From assembly GCA_041166245.1 (NCBI GenBank), contig JBEEFQ010000270.1, positions 1 through 51,418 of the forward strand: a stretch of 51,418 nt of DNA, read 5' to 3'. The notes under the pieces were generated by a model. That model did not search any database. It was not told where the DNA came from and saw nothing but the letters and a program-made list of their open reading frames with translations. Positions within the stretch are counted from its first letter, which is position 1. Every line of letters starts with the position of its first letter. The position numbers and the translations under genes were made by a program. Positions 29,903-38,494 of this stretch are shown piece by piece. The stretch comes from Actinomycetota bacterium (GTDB taxonomy: Bacteria > Actinomycetota > Acidimicrobiia > Acidimicrobiales > JAFATL01).

Positions 29903-30996
29903 ACGCCGTCATCGCCGCGGGTGGGACCGGTGGCCACATCTTCCCCGGTCTGGCCCTGGCCGACGCCCTCAAGCGCGTCGCCCCCGACACCCGGGTCACC
30001 TTCGTCGGCACCGAGCGCGGCCTCGAGAAGCGGCTCATCCCCGAGGCGGGCTACCCGCTGCGTACGGTGGACATGGTGCCGTTCACCGGGATCGGCAAGG
30101 TCACGCTGCCGTTCGCGCTGCTGCGCGCCGCGTTGCAATCACGCAAGCTGCTCAAGGTGGAGCGGGCCGACGTTGCCGTCGGGATGGGCGGCTACGCCAG
30201 CATCCCGCTCATCGTCGGTGCCCGCCTGGCGGGCGTGCCCGCGATCATCCACGAGTCGGGCGCCATCGCGGGCCGGGCCAATCGCGTCGCCGCCAAGCTC
30301 ACCCACAACGTGGCGCTGGCGTTCGACGAGGCCGCCCACCAGTTCAACAGTCGGGCCCGCACCGTCGGCATGCCCCTCAACCCCCAGATCGCCGACTTCG
30401 ACCGTGACGCGCTGCGCGCCGGCGCGCGTGCCGCGTTCGGGCTCCCCGATGGCGTCACCATGGTGCTCGTGAGCGGGGGGAGCCAGGGCTCGGCCCGGCT
30501 GAACGAGGCGGCGGTGGGAATGGCCGGTCGGTGGAAGGAGAGTGACGACGTGCGCATCGTGCTGAAGGCCGGCACGAAGAACGCGGACGACGTGGCCCGC
30601 CGCCTTCGTGAGAACGGCGGTGAGCGCGTCACCCAGCTCGTCTCGTTCTTCGACCGCATGGATCACGCCTACGCGGCCGCCGACCTCATGGTCTCCCGCG
30701 CCGGCGCGGGCACCGTCGCCGAGCTGGCAGCCGTCGGCCTGCCGTCGATCCTGGTCCCGTACCCCTACGCCATGGACGACCACCAGACGGTCAACGCCGC
30801 GGTGCTGACGAAGGCGGGCGCCGCGCTGCTGGTGCGCGACGACGAGGCCACCGCCGACCGGTTGGCGCCCTTGGTCGAGGAGCTGCTCGACGACCCCGCC
30901 CGGCTGGCCGAGATGAGACGGGCGACGGCCAAGGTCGCCAGGCCGCACGCGGCCGAGGAGCTGGCCGCCTGGGTGCTGGAGCTCGGGCGTGGCTAA
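29899..30996 (+). CDS. murG: MurG-like GT28 glycosyltransferase, outside a dcw cluster
   Basis: GGTGGH, GGYAS, HESG, GGSQG, SRAGAGTVAE, DHQTVNA; may be a paralog. Confidence 0.8.
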   Translation: MNAVIAAGGTGGHIFPGLALADALKRVAPDTRVTFVGTERGLEKRLIPEAGYPLRTVDMVPFTGIGKVTLPFALLRAALQSRKLLKVERADVAVGMGGYASIPLIVGARLAGVPAIIHESGAIAGRANRVAAKLTHNVALAFDEAAHQFNSRARTVGMPLNPQIADFDRDALRAGARAAFGLPDGVTMVLVSGGSQGSARLNEAAVGMAGRWKESDDVRIVLKAGTKNADDVARRLRENGGERVTQLVSFFDRMDHAYAAADLMVSRAGAGTVAELAAVGLPSILVPYPYAMDDHQTVNAAVLTKAGAALLVRDDEATADRLAPLVEELLDDPARLAEMRRATAKVARPHAAEELAAWVLELGRG

Positions 30997-32056
30997 GGCT
31001 CCCGCGACGCGCAAGCAGAAGGAGCAGCACCCGACGGTCAAGCCGACGGACACGTTGCAGACCGCGCTGGCCGTCATCGCCGCCGGTGGCGTCGGCCTCG
31101 CCGTCGTCACCCGCTCGGGACGCGTCGCGGGCACCATCACCGACGACCAGATCCGACGGGCGGTGCTGGCCGGCGGCCGGCTCGAGCATCCCGTCGCCGA
31201 GGTGATGACGGACCAGCCCGTCACCGTGGCCCCGGGCGCGCGCGCCAAGGACATCGGCGAGCTCCTCACCGCCTACCGCATGCGGGCCGTGCCCGTCGTC
31301 GACAAGGGCCGCCTCGTGGGGCTCAAGACCCTGCAGGACGCCAAGACAGGACCGGCGCCTCCCGTCGCCGTGATCATGGTGGGCGGGCGGGGCGAGCGCC
31401 TTCGGCCCTACACCGACAAGGTGCCCAAGCCGCTGCTGAAGGTGGGCGGGGTGCCCATCGTGGAGCGCATCATCCGCGCCGCGGCCGAGGCGGGTGTGCG
31501 CACGGTGTACCTGGCCGTCAACTACAAGGCCGAGGCCTTCGAGGACGCGCTGGGCGACGGCACGCGGCTCGGCGTCGAGCTGGTGTACGTCAGGGAGCGC
31601 AAGCCGCTGCACACGGCCGGCGCGCTTTCCCTGCTCCCCGAGATTCCCGATGGCCCGTTGTTCGTCACCAACGGCGACATCATCACCACCGTCGACCTGC
31701 GCAGCCTGTTCGACTTCCACTGGCACCATGGCGGCGCCATCACCGTGTGCGGCGCCGAGCACCACACCTACGTGCCCTACGGCGTCCTGCGCACCGTCGA
31801 GCACCACCTCCTGTCGATCGACGAGAAGCCGAGCCGCACCGATTTCGTGAGCGCGGGGATGTACATGCTGCAGCCCGAGACCCTGCGCTTCATCCCGCCC
31901 GACACCCACATGGGCATGCCCGAGCTCATCGACTCGGTGATCAAGCAGGGCTTGCCCGTGCACGTGTTCCCCATGCTCGGCAGCTGGTTCGACATCGGCA
32001 GTCCCGAGGAGTTCGAGAAGGTCCTGCTCGCGTTCGCGACGGGCGAGGAGGGTTAG
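30989..32056 (+). CDS. CBS-domain sugar-phosphate nucleotidyltransferase (PtmE/LegX-like)
   Basis: N-terminal CBS pair (GTITDDQIRRA, AVPVVD), then GGRGERLRPYTDKVPKPLL, NGD, EKP, WFDIG. Confidence 0.88.
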   Translation: MAKAPATRKQKEQHPTVKPTDTLQTALAVIAAGGVGLAVVTRSGRVAGTITDDQIRRAVLAGGRLEHPVAEVMTDQPVTVAPGARAKDIGELLTAYRMRAVPVVDKGRLVGLKTLQDAKTGPAPPVAVIMVGGRGERLRPYTDKVPKPLLKVGGVPIVERIIRAAAEAGVRTVYLAVNYKAEAFEDALGDGTRLGVELVYVRERKPLHTAGALSLLPEIPDGPLFVTNGDIITTVDLRSLFDFHWHHGGAITVCGAEHHTYVPYGVLRTVEHHLLSIDEKPSRTDFVSAGMYMLQPETLRFIPPDTHMGMPELIDSVIKQGLPVHVFPMLGSWFDIGSPEEFEKVLLAFATGEEG

Positions 32057-32061
32057 CTCAC

Positions 32062-33057
32062 ATGGCTGCGGCGAGTGTCGGCTGGTCGGGTCGCAAGGTG
32101 CTCGTCACCGGCGGCGAGGGCTTCATCGGCAGTCACCTGGTGGAGGCGCTGCTCGACGCGGGCGCCGAGGTGCGGGTGCTCTCCTATTACAACGCCTTCG
32201 GCAACCGGGGATGGCTCGACGCCCTCGACCTCGACGTCGAGGTGCTGCCGGGCGACGTGCGCGACGCCGACCGGGTGACCCAGGCGGTGCAGGGACGCGA
32301 CGTGGTGTTCCACCTCGCCGCCCTCATCGGGATTCCGTACAGCTACGAGGCGCCCGAGAGCTACGTGCAGACGAACGTGCAGGGCACCTACAACGTGGCC
32401 AATGCCTGTCGACGGGCTGGCGTGGGCCGCCTGGTACACACCTCCACCAGCGAGGTGTACGGCACCGCCATCCGCGTGCCCATCGACGAGGAGCACCCGT
32501 TGCAGCCGCAGTCGCCGTACTCGGCGTCGAAGATCGGCGGCGACATGATGGCGCTGTCGTTCTGGCACGCCTTCGAGCTGCCGGTCGCGGTCGTGCGGCC
32601 GTTCAACACCTACGGACCGCGGCAGTCCACGCGTGCCGTCATCCCCACGATCCTCGCCCAGCTCCACGCGGGGGCCAAGGAGATCAAGCTCGGCACGACC
32701 TCGCCCACCCGAGACTTCAACTATGCCACCGACACCGCGTCGGGGTTCATGGCCGTGGCGAACTGCGACCAGGCCCTCGGCCACGTCGTCAACGTTGGCT
32801 CAGGCCGCGAGATCTCCGTCGGTGACCTCGTCGAGCTGTGCAAGGAGATCACCGGCACCGACGCGCGCATCGTCACCGACGAACAACGCATCCGGCCCGG
32901 AGGCAGCGAGGTCGAGCGTCTCCTCGCCGACAACACCCGGGCGCGGGAATGGGCGGGGTGGAAGCCAGAGGTCCCTCTGGAAGAGGGGCTGCGGCGCACG
33001 TCGGACTGGGTGCGCGAGCACCTCGCCCACCTCGAAACCGGCCGCTACAGCGTCTGA
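32062..33057 (+). CDS. NAD-dependent NDP-sugar 4,6-dehydratase (LegB-like extended SDR)
   Basis: GGEGFIG, HLAALIGIPYSY, TSTSEVYG, PQSPYSASK, RPFNTYGPRQS, SEVERL. Confidence 0.88.
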   Translation: MAAASVGWSGRKVLVTGGEGFIGSHLVEALLDAGAEVRVLSYYNAFGNRGWLDALDLDVEVLPGDVRDADRVTQAVQGRDVVFHLAALIGIPYSYEAPESYVQTNVQGTYNVANACRRAGVGRLVHTSTSEVYGTAIRVPIDEEHPLQPQSPYSASKIGGDMMALSFWHAFELPVAVVRPFNTYGPRQSTRAVIPTILAQLHAGAKEIKLGTTSPTRDFNYATDTASGFMAVANCDQALGHVVNVGSGREISVGDLVELCKEITGTDARIVTDEQRIRPGGSEVERLLADNTRAREWAGWKPEVPLEEGLRRTSDWVREHLAHLETGRYSV

Positions 33058-33192
33058 CACGCCGCCCCGGCGGGGCCGGTCGTCGCCTGGATCGTGCTGG
33101 CTGCTCCGTCGAACTGCGGCAATATCTTGTGCCGTCGCGGCTCCCGGCGAGTCACGACCGCGCCGCGGTGCGGTGTGTAGCATCTGGTGCCC

Positions 33193-34185
33193 ATGGCCTC
33201 CGTTCTGATCACGGGTGGCGCCGGCTTCATCGGCTCCCACCTGACCCAGGCGCTCCTCGATCGAGGAGACAGGGTGATCGCCCTCGACAACCTGTCGACC
33301 GGACGTCTGCAGAACCTCGATGCCGTCGGCGGTCACCCCAACTTCCGGTTCGTCCAGGGTTCGGTGCTGGACGAGCTGGTCGTCGACGAGCTCGTGCACC
33401 AGAGCGAGATCGTCGTGCACCTGGCGGCCGCTGTCGGCGTGAAGCTCATCGTCGACCAGCCGCTGCGTTCGCTCACGACGAACATCAGGGGATCCGAGAT
33501 CGTCATCGAGGCCGCCCACCGGTATCGCAGCAAGATCCTGCTCGCGAGCACGTCGGAGATCTACGGCAAGAACTCCGGAGGGCCGCTGCACGAGGAGTCC
33601 GACCGGATCCTCGGGTCGAACCACGTGGCACGGTGGGCCTACAGCACCGCCAAGTCGGTCGACGAGATCCTCGCGTACGCGTACCACAAGGAGCGGGGCC
33701 TCCCGAGCATCGTCGTGCGCCTGTTCAACACCGTCGGGCCCCGACAGAGCCCGGCCTACGGGATGGTGATTCCGCGGCTCGTGCGCCAGGCGCTCTCGGG
33801 TGAGCCGCTCACCGTCTACGGCGACGGCACCCAGACGCGCTGCTTCTGCCACGTCACCGATGTGGTGGACGCGCTGATCCGCCTGCTGGATCATCCCGAC
33901 GCCATCGGCGAGGTCTTCAACGTCGGCTCGCCCGAGGAGATCTCGATCCTGGCGTTGGCCGAGAAGATCGCGGAGCGCACTGGCGGGCGGTCCGCCATCC
34001 AGCTCGTGCCCTACGAGCAGGCCTACGAGACGGGCTTCGAGGACATGCAGCGCCGGGTCCCCGACACGAGTCGCATCAACAAGCTCGTCGGCTGGGAAGC
34101 CAAGCGGGATCTCGAAGTCATCCTCTCGGAGACGATCGCCGAGGCGGCGATCGAGCTGGCCGAGCCCGCCATCCGCCGCGGCTAA
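33193..34185 (+). CDS. NAD-dependent epimerase/dehydratase (extended SDR)
   Basis: GGAGFIG, HLAAAVGV, STSEIYG, YSTAK, FNTVGPRQ, FEDMQRRVPD. Confidence 0.9.
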   Translation: MASVLITGGAGFIGSHLTQALLDRGDRVIALDNLSTGRLQNLDAVGGHPNFRFVQGSVLDELVVDELVHQSEIVVHLAAAVGVKLIVDQPLRSLTTNIRGSEIVIEAAHRYRSKILLASTSEIYGKNSGGPLHEESDRILGSNHVARWAYSTAKSVDEILAYAYHKERGLPSIVVRLFNTVGPRQSPAYGMVIPRLVRQALSGEPLTVYGDGTQTRCFCHVTDVVDALIRLLDHPDAIGEVFNVGSPEEISILALAEKIAERTGGRSAIQLVPYEQAYETGFEDMQRRVPDTSRINKLVGWEAKRDLEVILSETIAEAAIELAEPAIRRG

Positions 34186-34194
34186 GCGCTGACC

Positions 34195-37107
34195 ATGGTG
34201 GCCGCGGTGGCTTTTCTCACCGCGGCAGTGGTGTCGCTTTTCAGCGTCCCGTGGGTCCGCAGAGTCGCAGAGACAAGCGGGTTCGTGGACCGCCCCGCCG
34301 ACCGCAAGAGCCACACCCAGCCCGTGCCGTACCTCGGCGGCATCGCCATCAGCGCCGCCGTGCTCCTGGGGCTGTTGATAGGCGGCAGCGTCAGCGTGCG
34401 CATGGGCGTGGCCGCCATGGCCGCGGCCGGCCTGGGCATCGTCGGCCTCCTCGACGACGATCGCGACCTTCCTCCCCGCCACCGCCTGCTCTACCAGGCG
34501 CTGGCGGCGTGCGTCGCCCTCGGCGCCGGCGTGCAGGCCCACGTCACCGACGTCGAGGTCGTCGACAGCCTCCTCACGGTGGTGTGGATCGTGGGCATCA
34601 CGAACGCCATCAACCTGCTGGACAACATGGACGGGCTCGCGGGTGGCACCGCCACCGTGGCGGGAGGAGCAGTCGCCGTGCTCGCTCTGGCGGGGGACCA
34701 GCTGAGCGTGGCCCGCCTGGCCGCCGCCCTCAGCGGCGCGTGTCTGGGGTTCCTGTTCTACAACCGGCCGCCGGCCACCATCTTCATGGGCGACGCCGGC
34801 AGCCTGTTCCTCGGCTTCGTGCTGGCCGTCGTGGTGCTCGAGGTGGATCCGGGGCTCAGCCCCCCGGCCACCTTCCTCGTCCCCCTCTGCCTGCTGGCCC
34901 TCCCCGTGCTGGACACGACGACGGTGATCTTCGCCCGCATGCGCCGCGGCCGCCGGGTGTCCGACGGAGGCAAGGACCATCTGTCCCACCGCCTGGTGAA
35001 GCGGGGTCTGACGTCGCGGGCCGCGGTCGGCACGCTGCTGCTCGCGGAGGTCATCCTCGGCCTGCTCGCCGTCGTGGCCGGTCGGGCGATCGTCCCCCTG
35101 CCGCTGGTGGCACTCGGGGCTCTCGTCGTGATCGGTGCCCTCTCGCTCGCGACGGCCTCGGCCGAGGTCTACGAGGAAGAGGTCGTCGGTCTGCCCGTGC
35201 GGCCCGCGGTGCTCGCGGTCCTCGCCGGCGTCGTGCTGCTCGTGCTCGTCGTCCCCGCGGCGCTGGCGATGACGGCGGCGCGCAACCCCGCCACCCTCGG
35301 GGCCCAGCAGGCGCGGGTCGGGCTCACGGCTCTCTACGCCGGCGACCGGGACGGGGCGGCCGCCGCGTTCGCGCAGGCCAACCGCTCGCTCCAACTGGCC
35401 GACCGTCGCCTTCATGGTCCGCTTGCCGACCTCGCCCTTGCCGTCCCGGTGCTCAACACCAACCTGCGCTCCTCCCGCACGGTCGTCGACGTCTCCGCTG
35501 ACCTCGTGGCCAGCGGATCGCAAGTGGTGCGGGGCGTCGATCCCGGTCGGCTGCGCGTCTCGGGCGGCCAGGTCGCGCTCGACGAGGTGCGGCGGGCTGC
35601 TCCCGCACTGGCGAGCGCGGCGGACACCCTGCGCGACGGCGCCACGCGCGTCCGTGCCGCGCGCCAGCCCTACCTGGTGCCGCCGCTCAACCGGGCGGTG
35701 GAGCGCCTCCTCCAGCGCCTGGCGACCGCGACCGTGACCGCCGACCGGGCCGCGGAAGCGGCCCGCCTCGTACCCGCCATCCTGGGCGGGCAAGGCACCC
35801 GCCGGTACCTCCTCGCCATCCAGAACAACGCGGAGCTCCGAGGCACCGGTGGCTTCATCGGCAACTTCGGTGAAGTCACCGCCGTCGACGGCCGCCTTCG
35901 TCTCGAGCGGTTCGGCCGGTTCAGCGAGCTCAGGGACGCGTTACCGCTCGCGGCGCAGAAGCTCGATCTCCCGACGGAGTTCCAGCGCCGCGAGGAGCTC
36001 GCGGCCGACGGGCTCGTGAGCTGGGGTCACATCAACAGCAGTCCCGACTTCCCGACCGCGGCGCGCCTGATGGCGGAGCTCTACCCACGGTCGGGAGGGC
36101 GCCGCGTCGACGGCGTCATCGCGGTGGACCCGCAGGGCCTGGCCGCGCTGCTCGAGCTCACCGGTCCCATCACGGTGGCGGGCTGGCCCGAGCCGATCAC
36201 GGCCAAGAACGTGGTGGACGTCACGCTCCGGGACCAGTATGTCCGCTTCGAGGGCACCGGCGACCGGGGCGGCCGAGCCCGCAGGGAGGATTTCCTCGGC
36301 GACGTCGGCCAGGCGACATGGACGGGGTTCGTGACCGCCGACCTCGGGCGGCCGGAGCGGATCATCAGCGCGACGAGCGGCGTCGTCCGTCAGCGTCACC
36401 TGCAGCTCTTCCTCTCGCGGCCGACCGAGAACGACCTGCTCGAGGAGATCGGCGCGAGCGGTCGCACGCCGCCGTTGGCCAGTGACTCGCTGCTGGTGCT
36501 GAACCACAACGGCGGCGGGAACAAGACCGACTACTACCTCACGCGCCGGTTCCGGTACGACGTGCGCCTCCGACCGGATGGCGACGAGGCGAGGGTGGAT
36601 GCCGACCTCGACCTCACCTTCCGCAACGAGGCTCCGTCGTCGGGCTTGCCCGATGGAGTCATCGGTCCCTTCGACGAACGCTTCGAGGCGGGCCAGAACC
36701 TCTCGCTGCTCTCGATCTACTCACCCATGATCGTGCGGCGCGCGACCGTCGGGAGCGAGGCGTTCAGGCTCACGTCGAAGCCCGAGCTCGGGCGTTTCGT
36801 GCACGCCGGCGTGCTGGACATGCCGTCGGCGACGACCTCGGCCGTCCACCTGGATCTCGACGGACGCGTCCCCTTGGAGAACGGGTGGTACTACCTCGAC
36901 ATCGTTCGACAGCCCACGGTGCACGCGGACGACGTCGACGTGCGCATCTCGGTGCCGGGGGGGTGGAAGATCACCGATACACTGGGGCTTCGGCTGGTGG
37001 GTGACCGCGAGGTGCGACTGACGACGTCGCTCCAATCGGACACTCGAGTGGGTGTCCGTCTCGAGCGCGCGGGCGTGCTCAACATTTGGGACAAGCTGGT
37101 AGGTTGA
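34195..37107 (+). CDS. WecA/TagO/MraY-family polyprenyl-phosphate glycosyl-1-phosphate transferase fused to a DUF4012 extracytoplasmic domain
   Basis: N-terminal PYLGG, GLLDD, TNAINLLDNMDGL, FMGDAGS, DHLSHRL; C-terminal QNNAELRGTGG, SPDFPT, DGVIAVDP, GNKTDYY. Confidence 0.85.
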   Translation: MVAAVAFLTAAVVSLFSVPWVRRVAETSGFVDRPADRKSHTQPVPYLGGIAISAAVLLGLLIGGSVSVRMGVAAMAAAGLGIVGLLDDDRDLPPRHRLLYQALAACVALGAGVQAHVTDVEVVDSLLTVVWIVGITNAINLLDNMDGLAGGTATVAGGAVAVLALAGDQLSVARLAAALSGACLGFLFYNRPPATIFMGDAGSLFLGFVLAVVVLEVDPGLSPPATFLVPLCLLALPVLDTTTVIFARMRRGRRVSDGGKDHLSHRLVKRGLTSRAAVGTLLLAEVILGLLAVVAGRAIVPLPLVALGALVVIGALSLATASAEVYEEEVVGLPVRPAVLAVLAGVVLLVLVVPAALAMTAARNPATLGAQQARVGLTALYAGDRDGAAAAFAQANRSLQLADRRLHGPLADLALAVPVLNTNLRSSRTVVDVSADLVASGSQVVRGVDPGRLRVSGGQVALDEVRRAAPALASAADTLRDGATRVRAARQPYLVPPLNRAVERLLQRLATATVTADRAAEAARLVPAILGGQGTRRYLLAIQNNAELRGTGGFIGNFGEVTAVDGRLRLERFGRFSELRDALPLAAQKLDLPTEFQRREELAADGLVSWGHINSSPDFPTAARLMAELYPRSGGRRVDGVIAVDPQGLAALLELTGPITVAGWPEPITAKNVVDVTLRDQYVRFEGTGDRGGRARREDFLGDVGQATWTGFVTADLGRPERIISATSGVVRQRHLQLFLSRPTENDLLEEIGASGRTPPLASDSLLVLNHNGGGNKTDYYLTRRFRYDVRLRPDGDEARVDADLDLTFRNEAPSSGLPDGVIGPFDERFEAGQNLSLLSIYSPMIVRRATVGSEAFRLTSKPELGRFVHAGVLDMPSATTSAVHLDLDGRVPLENGWYYLDIVRQPTVHADDVDVRISVPGGWKITDTLGLRLVGDREVRLTTSLQSDTRVGVRLERAGVLNIWDKLVG

Positions 37108-37257
37108 GGACGCTGTCAGGTGATGGACATTGGGGGTCCCATATGGAACGCTGTCGTTTACGCGTCCGTTGGGAAATGCTGGAAATCGGTACCGAGAGTG
37201 TTGGACTGAGGGTGTTCAAGTGATCGTCGACGAGTTGCAACTGCACGAGGACGCTGG

Positions 37258-37578
37258 ATGACTCGCAAGGCCTTGCTCACGCTGCTGGGGATCGCTGCGC
37301 TCGTCGTGCTGGCGACGGCGCCGGCGCTCGGCCAGATCGCCGGTGCGGGTGGCGGCACGGAGCCGGCCGCGGTGGCAGACGACGACGCCGCCGCGTCGCA
37401 GGTGCCCGAACAGCAGAGCCTGCAGGCGATCATGAACCTGCGGGTGGCGCAGAGCGGAGCCGGGTCGCAGGCCGATCCGAATGCCAGCGAGCTGGCGGCT
37501 GCCGGTGTGGCCGTGGCGTTCGTCGCCGTGCAGATCAGCCTCCACCGCACCCTCCGCCGGCGTAGCGCAACCGCCTGA
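37258..37578 (+). CDS. Small secreted protein with a sorting-signal-like C-terminus (hypothetical)
   Basis: Signal peptide; VAQSG; hydrophobic segment followed by HRTLRRRS; RBS GAGGA. Confidence 0.65.
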   Translation: MTRKALLTLLGIAALVVLATAPALGQIAGAGGGTEPAAVADDDAAASQVPEQQSLQAIMNLRVAQSGAGSQADPNASELAAAGVAVAFVAVQISLHRTLRRRSATA

Positions 37579-37642
37579 TCCCAGGTCGTCCCAGCCGCTG
37601 CGGGTGAGCGGGGCGCGAGGTGGCGCCAGGTATCGTGAGCTC

Positions 37643-38470
37643 ATGGGTTGGTGTCACGAGTTCGGGCCGGATATCAACGCCGACTGTGGTCACCCGATGG
37701 TCGCCGATACGAAGTCGTGCAAGTGCACGACGTGCGGCGTGGTCTGCACCGGCCGCTTCTCCGGGTGCGCGGCGGTCTGGGCTGCCGGCCCCCGCAAGGT
37801 CAACGCCGTCCGCGGCGTGACCCAGCGGCGTACGACACCGACCGCGGCGACGGCCGAGGTGGCACCCGCCGACGAGGCAGACGCGGGACAACCGCCGCTC
37901 ATCGGCGAGGAAGCAGCGACGCTCGTCGACGCCTTGCGGGCCGAGCTGCTCACGGTCGTGCGCCGGCTCGACGACGTGCAGGTCGACTCCCTTCGTACGG
38001 ACCTGGCGTCGGTCATGCACCAGCTCGAGAAGCTCACGTCCGCGGTCGTCACCCAGCACCAGGAGCTGCAGAAGCTCGCTGCCGACCGGGCCGCGCCGTC
38101 CGCGCCGCCGGTGCAGCAGCGCATGGTCGAGCAGCCTCCGCCCACGCCGCCCTCTGCCGATCGCGGGTCGCAGCAGCCGGCCAAGCAGCCGCAGGCCAAG
38201 CAGCAGCAGGCCAAGCAGCCGCAGGCCAAGCAGCCGCAGGCCGACCGCCGGCCGCAGCAGCCCCCGCGCCAGGCGCGGCCTGAGCAGACCCGACCGAACG
38301 GGGGGTCGCCCGCTCCCGCCCGCGCCACCCCGCCCGCGCCGTCGGTTGCGCCCGCGCCGCCCTCGCCGGTGGCCCCCGCGCCGGGCGAACCCGAGCAGGT
38401 CGATCTCGCGGTGCCGCTCGACCACGCGCTCCTCCGCCCCGCCCGTCCCGGCGAGCAGAGCCACCGCTAG
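37643..38470 (+). CDS. Hypothetical protein: Cys/His-rich N-terminus, coiled coil, Pro/Gln-rich tail (275 aa)
   Basis: 7 Cys and 2 His in the first 42 aa; heptad-like segment; AKQPQ repeats. Confidence 0.72.
   Translation: MGWCHEFGPDINADCGHPMVADTKSCKCTTCGVVCTGRFSGCAAVWAAGPRKVNAVRGVTQRRTTPTAATAEVAPADEADAGQPPLIGEEAATLVDALRAELLTVVRRLDDVQVDSLRTDLASVMHQLEKLTSAVVTQHQELQKLAADRAAPSAPPVQQRMVEQPPPTPPSADRGSQQPAKQPQAKQQQAKQPQAKQPQADRRPQQPPRQARPEQTRPNGGSPAPARATPPAPSVAPAPPSPVAPAPGEPEQVDLAVPLDHALLRPARPGEQSHR
38180..38239 (+). repeat. Coding tandem repeat, 4 x 15 bp (AKQPQ)
   Basis: GCCAAGCAGCCGCAG units; the second is GCCAAGCAGCAGCAG. Confidence 0.92.
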
Positions 38471-38480
38471 ACCCCGCGTC

Positions 38481-38494
38481 TTCCTCGAGACGTC
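38481..38494. repeat. Possible half-copy of the 13532 palindrome
   Basis: TTCCTCGAGACGTC is identical to 13567-13580; lies between convergent stops. Confidence 0.45.

Noticed and set aside
30989-33057. Complete legionaminic acid pathway
   Set aside because: Aminotransferase, acetyltransferase, hydrolysing epimerase, synthase and CMP-transferase are absent from the window.
33058-33192. Possible structured RNA (CGGTCGT/ACGACCG pairing) upstream of the epimerase
   Set aside because: No recognisable riboswitch motif; such pairing is common at this GC content.
32800-35793. Long antisense and alternate-frame ORFs (also 1247-2857, 3937-5538, 6119-7795, 41485-43086 and others)
   Set aside because: Shadow ORFs expected at high GC; they overlap motif-supported genes and contain no recognisable domains.
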